Below are positions 11,294 to 21,124 of a stretch of DNA of 64,000 bases, one piece after another. The translations under genes and the position numbers were made by a program. Position 1 is the stretch's first letter; every line of letters begins with the position of its first letter. The notes beneath the pieces are model-generated. The model was not told the DNA's origin. It did not search any database and saw nothing but the letters and a program-made list of their open reading frames with translations. This stretch comes from Balanoglossus misakiensis (Eukaryota > Animalia > Hemichordata): the NCBI GenBank assembly GCA_040954595.2, contig JBECUI020000036.1, forward strand, positions 1 to 64,000, given 5' to 3'.

Positions 11294-12054
11294 AGAAACA
11301 AGAAACCTCACTAATACGATCAACAGGAAAGAAAAATGTCTTACGCACCATTGAACTACGAAAACATTTCGGCAAAACCCAAGCAGTACGTGGCGTCAGT
11401 TTTTCCATGCGCACAGGAGAAATTGTTGGCTTGCTGGGTCCAAACGGCGCAGGAAAGACAACCTTATTTTACATGATTGTCGGCTTTATCTCTCCTAATT
11501 ACGGAAAGATATATCTCAACGGGGCAAACATTACCAAACTGCCCATGTATCTACGCGCACGCAGGGGAATTTCCTATCTTCCGCAGGAACCATCCATATT
11601 TCGCAAGCTGACTGTGGAACAGAACATTAAAGCCATCTTGGAAACACGCAACGACATGGAAATTGATGAAAAGAAGAAGCTATTAAACACCCTCCTTGAC
11701 GACCTTGGCATTACGGAGAATCGAAAGAAGAAGGCATACTACCTATCTGGTGGCGAACGAAGAAGAACAGAGATAGCCCGTGCATTAGCAACCAATCCAC
11801 GTTTCCTGCTCCTCGATGAGCCCTTTACAGGCATTGACCCCAAAGCACGTTTTGAAATTAAAGACATTATCCGAAACCTCGGTAAACGCGGCATTGGTGT
11901 ACTGATTACCGACCATAACGAACGAGATACCATGGACATAACCGACCGTTCATATATTATTTATGACGGACAGATCGTTGTTTCGGGAACCCGTGAAGAA
12001 CTGATGATGAATAAACTGGCACAGACGCTGTATCTTGGGGAAAACTACAAATAA
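11290..12054 (+). CDS. lptB: LPS export ABC transporter ATP-binding protein
   Basis: GPNGAGKTT, GISYLPQEPSIFRKLTVE, LSGGERRRTEIARALA and VLITDHN. Confidence 0.95.
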   Translation: MKKQETSLIRSTGKKNVLRTIELRKHFGKTQAVRGVSFSMRTGEIVGLLGPNGAGKTTLFYMIVGFISPNYGKIYLNGANITKLPMYLRARRGISYLPQEPSIFRKLTVEQNIKAILETRNDMEIDEKKKLLNTLLDDLGITENRKKKAYYLSGGERRRTEIARALATNPRFLLLDEPFTGIDPKARFEIKDIIRNLGKRGIGVLITDHNERDTMDITDRSYIIYDGQIVVSGTREELMMNKLAQTLYLGENYK

Positions 12055-12068
12055 TAGCAGGTCTTCCT

Positions 12069-12677
12069 CTATAGATTGTCAAAATCAATAAGATGCCGCA
12101 TCCGCTCTACCTTCGTTTTTAGATACTTCTTTGTTCGTTCATTTGGCATATGGGGATAAACAGGAATCCGTTCGGTAACAGTAATTCCGTTATCCTGTAA
12201 ACTTGCAATCTTATCCGGATTATTGGTAAGAAGACGAACAGAAGAAGGCTGTAAATCCGATAAAATTTCTGAGGCAACCTTGTAGTCCCGAGCATCCGGC
12301 TGATGCCCTAAAAGAAGATTCGCCTCGACAGTATCATGCCCCTCTTCTTGAAGATTGTATGCTTTCAGTTTCTCGATAAGCCCAATTCCCCTTCCCTCCT
12401 GCTTGAGATAAAGCAGAATTCCTCGATCTTCATCTGCAATCTTTTTAAGTGATGCATGAAGTTGTTCCGCACAATCACAGCGAATAGAACCAAATACTTC
12501 CCCCGTTATACACTCGGAATGGATCCGTATAAGAACATTGTCTTGCTCGGCAACCGTGCCGCGTACCAGTACAATATGCTCTTTGCCCCCCTCAGGTTCC
12601 GAATAGATACGTATAGCAAAATCTCCATAGACAGTTGGAAGAAAAGATATAACACGTAACTCAATGTTCTGCAACAT
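12069..12677 (-). CDS. ribA: GTP cyclohydrolase II
   Basis: RIHSECITGEVFGSIRCDC, QEGRGIGL and LLTNNPDK. Confidence 0.95.
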   Translation of the reverse strand: MLQNIELRVISFLPTVYGDFAIRIYSEPEGGKEHIVLVRGTVAEQDNVLIRIHSECITGEVFGSIRCDCAEQLHASLKKIADEDRGILLYLKQEGRGIGLIEKLKAYNLQEEGHDTVEANLLLGHQPDARDYKVASEILSDLQPSSVRLLTNNPDKIASLQDNGITVTERIPVYPHMPNERTKKYLKTKVERMRHLIDFDNL

Positions 12678-12771
12678 GCCCCAGTATATACCAAATAAAT
12701 GGGATTGACAATACAGCAGCACCTGCCATTCCTGCTTGCCTGCGATAGCATATTAACTGTATACTTAACAA

Positions 12772-12843
12772 GGGCGATTAACTCAGTGGCAGAGTGCTAC
12801 CCTCACACGGTAGAAGTCGGCAGTTCAAATCTGCCATCGCCCA
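12772..12843 (+). tRNA. tRNA-Val(CAC)
   Basis: GGGCGATTAACTCAGTGGCAGAGTGCTACCCTCACACGGTAG...GTTCAAATCTGCCATCGCCCA; anticodon CAC. Confidence 0.95.
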
Positions 12844-12847
12844 TGTA

Positions 12848-12920
12848 TGGAGAATAGGGGATTTGAACCCCTGACCTGTTGATTGCGAACCAACCGCTCT
12901 ACCAGCTGAGCTAATTCCCC
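12848..12920 (-). tRNA. tRNA-Ala(CGC)
   Basis: Reverse complement GGGGAATTAGCTCAGCTGGTAGAGCGGTTGGTTCGCAATCAAC...GTTCAAATCCCCTATTCTCCA; anticodon CGC. Confidence 0.95.
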
Positions 12921-12972
12921 GATAAGTCATTGTACCATAATATGAGTACAAAATCTACCTATCGGAGAGACC

Positions 12973-13374
12973 CTATACTACTTCAACAATCTCGTTCTCC
13001 GATTCCACCTTCTCATCCGATGTGCCCGTGTTGGATGTCTTTCCTCTTCCCCTGGATAGAAATTCAACGTGCTCACCGATAATTTTTATCCGCGTGCGCA
13101 TTTGTCCTTCCGGGGTCTCCCACCGATCCTGCCTGAGATGCCCACTGACACGAACTCCCTTACCCTTTGCTAAATACTGTGCGCAGTTTTCTGCCAACCG
13201 TGCCCAGACCTCAACATCAAAATAAGAAACCGTTTCTCGCACCTCTTCATTGTGCCGATAAACACGATTTACAGCAATCGAAAAAGAACATACAGTAGCA
13301 CCCGTCTTTACTTGGGTCATCTGAGGATCTCGAACAAGATTTCCCTCGACTAAAACTGAATTTAATGGATTCAT
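12973..13374 (-). CDS. ssb: Single-stranded DNA-binding protein (short form)
   Basis: LNSVLVEGNLVRDP, FSIAVNR, FDVEVW and G.GVRVSG.LRQDRW; GGAGG RBS. Confidence 0.93.
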   Translation of the reverse strand: MNPLNSVLVEGNLVRDPQMTQVKTGATVCSFSIAVNRVYRHNEEVRETVSYFDVEVWARLAENCAQYLAKGKGVRVSGHLRQDRWETPEGQMRTRIKIIGEHVEFLSRGRGKTSNTGTSDEKVESENEIVEVV

Positions 13375-13463
13375 AATTACCTCCTACTATAGATAAACGA
13401 AATTTTATCAGATATGCTTCAAAAGGCTTGCCGTTTTTTCTAATGAAACATACTATTAAAAGT

Positions 13464-14123
13464 ATGAAAAAAATACTATACATACTCCTTCTCGGGGTTC
13501 CACTGTTTGCACAAGAAACTGAGCAGCCGCTACCAGCTTGGGTTATGGCTACTCATAGCCTTGATATCGAAGAAGACTACGACGATATAGGAAAAATTAT
13601 AGCAAGAGGATATCTGCCCTCTGCCATTGATCTAGTCGAAGGTACGAATACTATGACGATTCTGTATCTGCAAAGTGATGCCCCGCCAAAACGATGGATT
13701 ATATACCATTTTCAGCGCTTGGACAGCTTTGAAGCAGAATTTACTGCCTTTCTGCGCCGATCCTGGCTGCCAGTTGATATTGCAAAGGATTCCAGTGGCG
13801 TGTATGTTTTCTTTATCAAAAATGAGCAGCTATCAGTTGATGGCTGGCGGGTAAACATTGCCAAAACGCCAAAAGAGCTGGAAGAAATTCAACAAGCACT
13901 TGAACGAAACGGCTACTCTTTGAGTGGCATAACAATGAGTGAAACAAGTGAGTTCTGGATGTTATCAATAAAGGCAGAAAATCCCCCTGCAACAATCCTT
14001 CGTAGTTATGCAACTGAAAATGAACTAAATGCAGGAATAAGAACTGCCTTGGAAAACGAACTCTCCGTGGAAGGCATGATACAGGGAGAGAATAGCTGGT
14101 TTATTCAGTTCTCTTCCCAATAA
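13464..14123 (+). CDS. Hypothetical exported protein
   Basis: MKKILYILLLGVPLFAQ signal peptide; internally repeated ~50-aa units. Confidence 0.65.
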   Translation: MKKILYILLLGVPLFAQETEQPLPAWVMATHSLDIEEDYDDIGKIIARGYLPSAIDLVEGTNTMTILYLQSDAPPKRWIIYHFQRLDSFEAEFTAFLRRSWLPVDIAKDSSGVYVFFIKNEQLSVDGWRVNIAKTPKELEEIQQALERNGYSLSGITMSETSEFWMLSIKAENPPATILRSYATENELNAGIRTALENELSVEGMIQGENSWFIQFSSQ

Positions 14124-14126
14124 AGC

Positions 14127-14157
14127 AAAAAAAACCCTCCATGTAGGAGGGTTTTTT
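14127..14157. terminator. Bidirectional intrinsic terminator
   Basis: A8-CCCTCC-ATGTA-GGAGGG-T6 between convergent genes. Confidence 0.85.
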
Positions 14158-14176
14158 ATAATAATCTTAAAGAATA

Positions 14177-15808
14177 CTAAAGAGTTACCTTTGCCTCTAC
14201 AGTAAACTGACCAAAATTACTATCCTTGTTCCACCAACGGGTACTGTTATCTGCATTAAAGAAGTTTCTGCCACCAAGACCTTCTGCGACACCACCAGGG
14301 TGAAGGTAGTACTGAAGATAGTCGTTACCAAACAACAAGTTTGCACTGGTGTACGTGAAAATTAAACTGGTATAGGGAATAATGTCTGTTATCGTCAAAC
14401 CCAATTTCATCTCCATATTCATCTTGTCGGCGCTACTCAAGGCTACTCCAGGTGTGCCGTCTGGTGCAGCAGGAGTTATAACCTCCTTCGAATCAGTCAT
14501 ATCATACCACTGGAATATAAGACCAACAAAGGGGGTGAACTTCTCTGCAACAAGGAAGTCTGCGTACAGTCCAACACCAAGGGTGCTGGAAGGATCTATA
14601 TTAGCACCGTCAACACCTGCACCGGCTGCTCCCAGGTCCATGCTGTAATCGAGCAACAACTGTGCTCCCATCCAGGGAATAAGACCGGCAGAACCACTGT
14701 CCTCATAAAACGCAAGATATACACTCATCTTCGGATGAAATACATAGTCATCTGTTGCTGCTGTAGAATTATCCAGGACCGAATTCATAACAATATTTGC
14801 ACCAAGGCTTGCACCTGAAGTAACAGTTACCGTATCATCTTCAGGGAAGAAGTTCAGGTTTGTATCTTCATTTCCGTCCTTTCCAAGACCGGGCCAAAGA
14901 ACACTTACTGCAATAGCGGACTGTACATCCATTTTCAGACCGGGTTCTGCATTGTCTAACAAAACATCAACGCCAACAGCCGGACGTAATATAATATCAT
15001 CGGTTAGTCCATAGTCATATTTCAGAAGAAGCCCAATGCCTGTTTCTCCTAACAGAGAAATATCTCCTACAACGCCATCTACAGCATTAGGTGCTTGGTT
15101 AAACCATTGTCCACCAATAAACTCAAGACCAAAGCCATTAGCAATGTTTGCTAATTCAAGAAAGGCAGTAACATGATAAGATCTATCGGTATTACTGTGC
15201 CACTGCTTACCTTCTCCAGCACCTTGCTCAATGCCTAACTCAACAGTACCATTGCCATCCAGAAATGTATAACCAACACCGATGCCGACACCAGTTTGGC
15301 CGGCTACATTACCGGTAATATCCTCTGTCATATTAGCACCGCTTATGTTGAAAGTAGATTGGCTAGCCTTATCTACTGCGCCGTTAGCAGCTTTTAAGTC
15401 GATATAAAAATCTCCCAGGTGAATTTCTGCATTAATTGCACCGAATAGAACTTCAACACCACTCTCGGAAATTCCTAAGGTAGAGTCTTCCGCCATTACG
15501 TATCCACCTGTCGTTGCAGGATAATCATCCACTCCGTAGATATTAATTTCTATGTCTTTTATCTCAATCCAACCATAGAAATCCCCTTCTCCCAGTTCTT
15601 CACTGGCAGTATCAACTAAATCCAACTTAACGGTGAATGCCGCAGATGTCTCTAGTCCTGTTTTAATGTTAGAACCATCATTTCCAAGGTCCACTCCAAA
15701 GATTGCAGATGCACTTGCATCCAAGGTTGCAGTAAATGCAGCCGTTTCTGCCCACGCGGGTGCAACAACTAATAAACAAATACTCAGTAAGCCTAGTAAC
15801 TTCCTCAT
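14177..15808 (-). CDS. Major outer sheath protein (Msp/Tpr-like outer membrane protein)
   Basis: AGGAGG RBS; signal peptide ending AWA; N-terminal LDASASAIFGVDL and C-terminal GQFTVEAKVTL resemble treponemal Msp termini. Confidence 0.7.
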   Translation of the reverse strand: MRKLLGLLSICLLVVAPAWAETAAFTATLDASASAIFGVDLGNDGSNIKTGLETSAAFTVKLDLVDTASEELGEGDFYGWIEIKDIEINIYGVDDYPATTGGYVMAEDSTLGISESGVEVLFGAINAEIHLGDFYIDLKAANGAVDKASQSTFNISGANMTEDITGNVAGQTGVGIGVGYTFLDGNGTVELGIEQGAGEGKQWHSNTDRSYHVTAFLELANIANGFGLEFIGGQWFNQAPNAVDGVVGDISLLGETGIGLLLKYDYGLTDDIILRPAVGVDVLLDNAEPGLKMDVQSAIAVSVLWPGLGKDGNEDTNLNFFPEDDTVTVTSGASLGANIVMNSVLDNSTAATDDYVFHPKMSVYLAFYEDSGSAGLIPWMGAQLLLDYSMDLGAAGAGVDGANIDPSSTLGVGLYADFLVAEKFTPFVGLIFQWYDMTDSKEVITPAAPDGTPGVALSSADKMNMEMKLGLTITDIIPYTSLIFTYTSANLLFGNDYLQYYLHPGGVAEGLGGRNFFNADNSTRWWNKDSNFGQFTVEAKVTL

Positions 15809-15966
15809 ATCATTCCTCCTATTTTTTAGATATAGTGCTACCAAGCAAGATAACTTCTTCCCAGTAGCCACAGTCAATTACTTTCATTAATATACTAACA
15901 AAACAATCAATCTTCGTCAAGCATATATATAAAAAAATTCTACAACGCGCTGCTTTTAAGCAGTAT

Positions 15967-17070
15967 TCATCCCATATTTTCAAACAATTTCTTAATGTCT
16001 TGGGACTTACCACGTTCGAATACCAATACTCTGTTTTTTTCGACAATAACAGCAATATTCTTTACCCCGCAAAGCATAATTTCATGTTCCTTATTGTAAA
16101 CATAGCAAGATTCGGCATCAAATGCCGCAACGGGTGCATCGTGAGATTTGTGTACACCGGCAACATGCTGTTGTACCCGTGTATGCAGATAGTCTTCTTC
16201 TGCCAGTCGGATAATCTCATCCCAACTGCCAACGTCACTCCATTCCCCTGCAAATACGACCATCGCAACTGATTCACTCTTCTCCATTATTGCATAGTCT
16301 ATTGATGTACTGTGCATGCTTGCATACACCTCATTCATGCTGTTATCCCGCCATGATATGCTTTGCTGATTGTACTCGTAAAATTGTTTTCCTAACGCGT
16401 TGAAGGGGTTTATAATGGAGGCTGCATGAGTAGCACATTCGGTGCAAAGATGGCCTGTTTTGAATACAAACATTCCACTGTTCCAGAAGTATTCTCCGCT
16501 TGCGAGATAGGATTCGGCAGTCTTGCGATCGGGTTTCTCCCGAAATGATTGAACATGCCATGCCTGATCGATCGCAGCACCTCGATGAAGATACCCAAAT
16601 CCCGTTTCAGGACCTTTTGGTACAATGCCCATGGTTAGTAAAAAGTTTTTTCGTGCCAGGGCATCAGCCTGTTCTACTACCTTGCGGAGTTCTTCAACCG
16701 GGCTAATGAGTTGATCAGCCGGTAAAACAAGCATGGTGGCGTCTGGTGAGTGTTCCTGTCGAATAATAGTAGCAGCAAGCATAAGCGCAGGCGCAGTGTT
16801 ACGCATTTCCGGTTCGGGAATAATAACAATGGACCCCATCTGTATATCTGCTTGTTTCCGGAGTTCTTGCATAATTGCATGACATTGACTCTGATGTGAA
16901 ACAATGTATATTGGTGCCCCGGGAGCTACTTCATGCGCACGCAGTACGGCTTTCAGTAATAGGCTCTGCCCATCACCTAAATCCATAAATTGTTTGGGTC
17001 TATCAGCCGTAGACACCGGCCAAAGACGTTTGCCTTGTCCGCCAGCCAAAATGACAATAGTATCCACCAT
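15967..17070 (-). CDS. manC: Mannose-1-phosphate guanylyltransferase
   Basis: ILAGGQGKRLWPVS...PKQF, EPEMRNTAPA, ETGFGY, FREKP, WNSGMF, SIDYAIME and WSDVGSW. Confidence 0.93.
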   Translation of the reverse strand: MVDTIVILAGGQGKRLWPVSTADRPKQFMDLGDGQSLLLKAVLRAHEVAPGAPIYIVSHQSQCHAIMQELRKQADIQMGSIVIIPEPEMRNTAPALMLAATIIRQEHSPDATMLVLPADQLISPVEELRKVVEQADALARKNFLLTMGIVPKGPETGFGYLHRGAAIDQAWHVQSFREKPDRKTAESYLASGEYFWNSGMFVFKTGHLCTECATHAASIINPFNALGKQFYEYNQQSISWRDNSMNEVYASMHSTSIDYAIMEKSESVAMVVFAGEWSDVGSWDEIIRLAEEDYLHTRVQQHVAGVHKSHDAPVAAFDAESCYVYNKEHEIMLCGVKNIAVIVEKNRVLVFERGKSQDIKKLFENMG

Positions 17071-17138
17071 AATCTTGCTTATCCGTACATTTTATTGTAT
17101 TCTATATGCATAATACTGTCAAGAAGATGGAGGCAAAG

Positions 17139-18230
17139 ATGGCATTTACATTAGCAATGTATCCCTGGACGTACTGTGCGAAATATGATCAGGATTGGAA
17201 TGGAACATTTCAAGAACGAGCAGCAATGACTTCTCAAGAAGAACAGGACTTATCACCTGAAAAACGAGAAGAAGTTTTGCAGAAGAGAAATTCATTTCCG
17301 GAATTGCCATTAGTCAATTATACTACCCAGTACGCTATCTCATGCTTTGAAGGAATTAAAGCGTACCCACAGCCTGATGGCACGCTGAAAATATTTCGGC
17401 TCACTGATAGTGCACAACGAATGTATAACTCTATGGAGGGACTACGAATGCCGCCCTTGCCGATACAGACTTATAATGATGCAGTAGTAGGAACGGTTGC
17501 CAGAAATCAAGAAATAGGCTTTTCCCCAAAATACGATCCAAAATGGCAGGAAACAAATTTCTTGCATGGACATGCCGTGTATATTCGCCCCTTCTCTTAT
17601 AGTGAAGGCGGGATCGGTTTGAATCTAAGCGAGAAACCATCTTTTGTAGTTGTTAATACAACTGTGGGAACATATTTTATTAACACTGAAAGCGCCGATG
17701 CTATAACCAGCAACAAGGTTCGTGCGACAAGCGGTGGCATTGGATGGATAAAATGTGCTGCAAATTATGTTATTCCAATTCTGGAAAAAAAGCATTTTGA
17801 AACAAAGGGTTACATGGAAGTCATCTTTCTGGATCCGGAAGAACAACTGTACGTCGAAGAAGGATCTTCCTGTAATATTTTCTTCTACCTGAACAACGGA
17901 AGATTGGTAACCCCCCTGCTTACAGATCGTGTGCTTCCCGGAATAACTCGTGCCAGTGCAATCCAACTTGCAAAGGATATCAAAGTTCCGGTAGAAGAAC
18001 GAAAAATTAGTATCGATGAGGTAATGAGTGATGCAAAAGAAGTGTTCGTAACCGGTACCGCAGCCGGTGTTACTCATATTTCTTCGATAAGCCATAAGGA
18101 GAAGAAAGTAAGTTTTTCCTCCGGCACTATTGGTGAACTAACCCAAACATTGCAGCATACATTAAAGGGAATTCAATACGGCGCAATTGAAGATATACAT
18201 GGCTGGATGCATCCTGTACCAACCCAGTAA
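17139..18230 (+). CDS. ilvE: Branched-chain amino acid aminotransferase
   Basis: FEGIKAY, YIRP, KCAANY, EEGSSCNIF, LPGITR and FVTGTAA class IV PLP motifs. Confidence 0.9.
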   Translation: MAFTLAMYPWTYCAKYDQDWNGTFQERAAMTSQEEQDLSPEKREEVLQKRNSFPELPLVNYTTQYAISCFEGIKAYPQPDGTLKIFRLTDSAQRMYNSMEGLRMPPLPIQTYNDAVVGTVARNQEIGFSPKYDPKWQETNFLHGHAVYIRPFSYSEGGIGLNLSEKPSFVVVNTTVGTYFINTESADAITSNKVRATSGGIGWIKCAANYVIPILEKKHFETKGYMEVIFLDPEEQLYVEEGSSCNIFFYLNNGRLVTPLLTDRVLPGITRASAIQLAKDIKVPVEERKISIDEVMSDAKEVFVTGTAAGVTHISSISHKEKKVSFSSGTIGELTQTLQHTLKGIQYGAIEDIHGWMHPVPTQ

Positions 18231-18236
18231 TTTTCA

Positions 18237-21038
18237 TTAAAAGGCAGTATCCAGATCAATGGGGATGTTGGTATATATTCCCGGTTCAAAGTTATCTCGT
18301 GTATACAGTATGTCGCGCATATTTAAGTAGGCAAGGTTTGCTGCACCACTGCGTATTTTGCTTATTTCATCACGTCCTAGATTCTCCGAGTATTCCATCG
18401 AACGTTGTAAATAAACCATTCCCTCGCTGCTTCGTGCCGAGTTGCCCCCCTCTCGTTCTCCAATAAAATGTAAAACAACGCCAAGATTGTTCGTTATCCG
18501 AATAAAGTACTCAATCAGCAAGCGGTGTTCGGGGGCAGTCCGCAGAAAATTGATTGATAACTGTCTCCGCTCCTGCTCGATACTTTCAAGAAGTATGCGA
18601 TAATATGATTCCGCTACAAAATAGTTTCCCATGTGAAAAAGACTGTTGCCAATGGCATACTGGAGCTCGGAGTCAGTCCGAAAACCGGGAAAATCTTCGA
18701 CGTTGAGAAAATAATTCACCGCATCATGATACTGTCGATCACGATAATACACATAACCAATCTTGTAATGCAATTGTGGCGTAGAGTAACCGATGGTCTC
18801 GGCATGTAAGAAGTAATCTAATGCCTCCCGGTATCGCCGACCATCATAATAGCGAATATCTCCCAAGAGTGCATACAAGCGCCCAAATGATGGAACTGCA
18901 GGCATTTTTCGCTGTTCAATGCCTTGCTCATAATCACCTCTTGCACGTTGGAGTTCGCGTTCTGCATCCAGATAGTTTTCCTGTGCATAGTAGTATTCCC
19001 CCATCCGCACCCGTGCATCTATCATACGTATTAATCGTCTGCCTCGTAGCTCTGGAAGAGCACTATATAGTTCCAAGGCCGTGCTCAGTGCTACTAACTC
19101 CTTCTCGCTGGAATCGTTCAGCATACGATTGTACATGGCAGAATAGTAATGAAGCTCCGGTAAAGCCGGTTCCACAGCATGGATACGAAGCAGAAGGTCA
19201 CGTACGGTATCAAGATCATTGTACTCTTGCATGAGATAGCCGGCATACTCTGCATATATCTCCGGTATAATGGTACGGGTTACTAAAAAGCTCTGCCCCA
19301 CCCTCGTAGCCTCGATCTTATTGTCGGTTCGAATAAAATATCGGAGCAGGCGCATCATAATTTCATCGGTTTCGCCGTATTCATTTCTTGCAAGAGCGTA
19401 GGCTTGTCGTGCATCTTCGTACTTGTTCGCATCTTCCTCCGCAGCCCGAATATAGTTATCCCCCTGTGCAAGAAGAGCTTCATAGTCAAATTTATTTTCT
19501 CCTAGTAGAATGCTCAGCAATTGCTGCGCACGATCATAATTGCCTAATATCTCCGATTGAAGGCGAACATGGGCAAATATCCCCTGCCTATGGATGCTTA
19601 CATACTCAATAAGACGCTTGTATTGCCCTTGAATGCTGTATAACTCGTATAAACGATTCTCGGCTGTGCGCTGTATCAGTAAATCACGCAGTTCCGGATC
19701 AAGACCATACACAAGCTGGTCGTATTTTTCAACTGCTAGATCGTAACGTTTTTGTTCTATGAATCTATCAGCATACCTCAGAAGCCATTGCGGATCAGAA
19801 CGTGTGCGCCAAGCACGCAGAAAAGTTTCATTTCCCGATTTATATTCTCCCTTGTCAATTAAATCGTAACCCTGCTGATACAAAAAGCCGGCAACAATCG
19901 GTCGATATACATACGTTAGAAGCACGAGCCCCGTAAAGGCAATAGCAAAAATTCCCAGAGTAATATTCACAGCTAATAGTGAATACTTCGTACGTATCCG
20001 TCCACGAACAAGCCGTTCTGCCCGTGCCTTGTCGCCTATCCATTCTTTTTGATAACCCCACGGAATAACATAGTGTTCCCCAGTTATACGACTTGCGATC
20101 CGCACAATTACACTGGGGCTTTTTCCGGCTATCAATGCATCAATAAGACGCGATGTCTGAGCTTCTTTCTCAACAGGATCAATAATTATCTGAGCAACAG
20201 CCTTTTTGACATTCAGCGGAAGTCCCTGTAAGGATTTTAGAAGTTGGCGATACTCCTGTTCGGTAAAGAGTTGGTCATCTAAGCCAATCCCACTTCGTGA
20301 GACGGGGGCCTCAAATACTGCTTCGGCTTCGCTTTCATCAGATACAAGCGCGGGTTCCGACTTGGTAGGGGTGGTCGGGGGGGTAGGGGTGGGGAGAGTC
20401 GTTTCTTCAAGGATACTCTCATTAATGTCTACAGTTTCCAGTTTACTCTGTAATTCCTCAATGTCCTGCGTAGAAATATCTTCTACAACTGAATCATCTG
20501 AATCATCTGAATCATCTGATAGCTCCGTGGATTCATCATCCATTGAACCGAGAATATCACTGAGATCAGTTCCCTGCTCAGATCCCTCATCTGTTGTAGG
20601 AAAGCTTGATACATCAATCGAATCCGGCACTTCGGAGTCCGCTGTGCTACTCTCAAGAAGTGTTTTCATTGATTCTTCTGTAATGGGGGTAACTATGTTA
20701 GCAGAAGAATCAACTGTCGGGGGTGCAGTATCGTATAGGAAGTCTTCAACAATGCCCTCTTCATCGCCAAAAATACTGTCTGCTTCCGCAGCTTCTGCCT
20801 CTTCCTGCAAGGATTCTTCCTGCTGCTCTCGTTCTTCCAGTTGTTTAAGGAAATCTTGACCTGAAAGTTCTGCTGTTGAACCGGATCCTGTGGCAGAATC
20901 GCCTAAAGCCGCTGTAATGTCTCGTTTTGGGCGTTCGACCTTTGCAAGCGGTTCCCCACTTTTACTGAGATGAACCGGCTCATTTCCGAGTTGAAGTAAA
21001 TCTTTGGCAAATAATTCTACGACCTCAAAACCAGGCAT
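18237..21038 (-). CDS. flcA: Periplasmic flagellar collar protein FlcA-like TPR protein
   Basis: MPG...LGNEP start, acidic N-terminal region, LPLNVK motif, one TM helix and a TPR-rich C-terminus, as recalled for spirochete FlcA. Confidence 0.65.
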   Translation of the reverse strand: MPGFEVVELFAKDLLQLGNEPVHLSKSGEPLAKVERPKRDITAALGDSATGSGSTAELSGQDFLKQLEEREQQEESLQEEAEAAEADSIFGDEEGIVEDFLYDTAPPTVDSSANIVTPITEESMKTLLESSTADSEVPDSIDVSSFPTTDEGSEQGTDLSDILGSMDDESTELSDDSDDSDDSVVEDISTQDIEELQSKLETVDINESILEETTLPTPTPPTTPTKSEPALVSDESEAEAVFEAPVSRSGIGLDDQLFTEQEYRQLLKSLQGLPLNVKKAVAQIIIDPVEKEAQTSRLIDALIAGKSPSVIVRIASRITGEHYVIPWGYQKEWIGDKARAERLVRGRIRTKYSLLAVNITLGIFAIAFTGLVLLTYVYRPIVAGFLYQQGYDLIDKGEYKSGNETFLRAWRTRSDPQWLLRYADRFIEQKRYDLAVEKYDQLVYGLDPELRDLLIQRTAENRLYELYSIQGQYKRLIEYVSIHRQGIFAHVRLQSEILGNYDRAQQLLSILLGENKFDYEALLAQGDNYIRAAEEDANKYEDARQAYALARNEYGETDEIMMRLLRYFIRTDNKIEATRVGQSFLVTRTIIPEIYAEYAGYLMQEYNDLDTVRDLLLRIHAVEPALPELHYYSAMYNRMLNDSSEKELVALSTALELYSALPELRGRRLIRMIDARVRMGEYYYAQENYLDAERELQRARGDYEQGIEQRKMPAVPSFGRLYALLGDIRYYDGRRYREALDYFLHAETIGYSTPQLHYKIGYVYYRDRQYHDAVNYFLNVEDFPGFRTDSELQYAIGNSLFHMGNYFVAESYYRILLESIEQERRQLSINFLRTAPEHRLLIEYFIRITNNLGVVLHFIGEREGGNSARSSEGMVYLQRSMEYSENLGRDEISKIRSGAANLAYLNMRDILYTRDNFEPGIYTNIPIDLDTAF

Positions 21039-21057
21039 AAGACCTCTATATTATAGT

Positions 21058-21118
21058 CAATCGACATATAAGGGCAAAGGTTGATACTTCTTAACAAATT
21101 ATTATTCTTTGTCGATAT
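21058..21118. promoter_or_regulatory. Two divergent sigma28-like promoters
   Basis: Minus strand TCAA-N15-GTCGATTG (21084-21058) and plus strand TAAC-N15-GTCGATAT (21092-21118), versus the FliA consensus TAAA-N15-GCCGATAA. Confidence 0.45.
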
Positions 21119-21124
21119 ATAATT

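Noticed and set aside
20206-20859. 217-aa Ser-rich plus-strand ORF (similarly 23439-23888)
   Set aside because: Antisense shadow of acidic low-complexity coding sequence.
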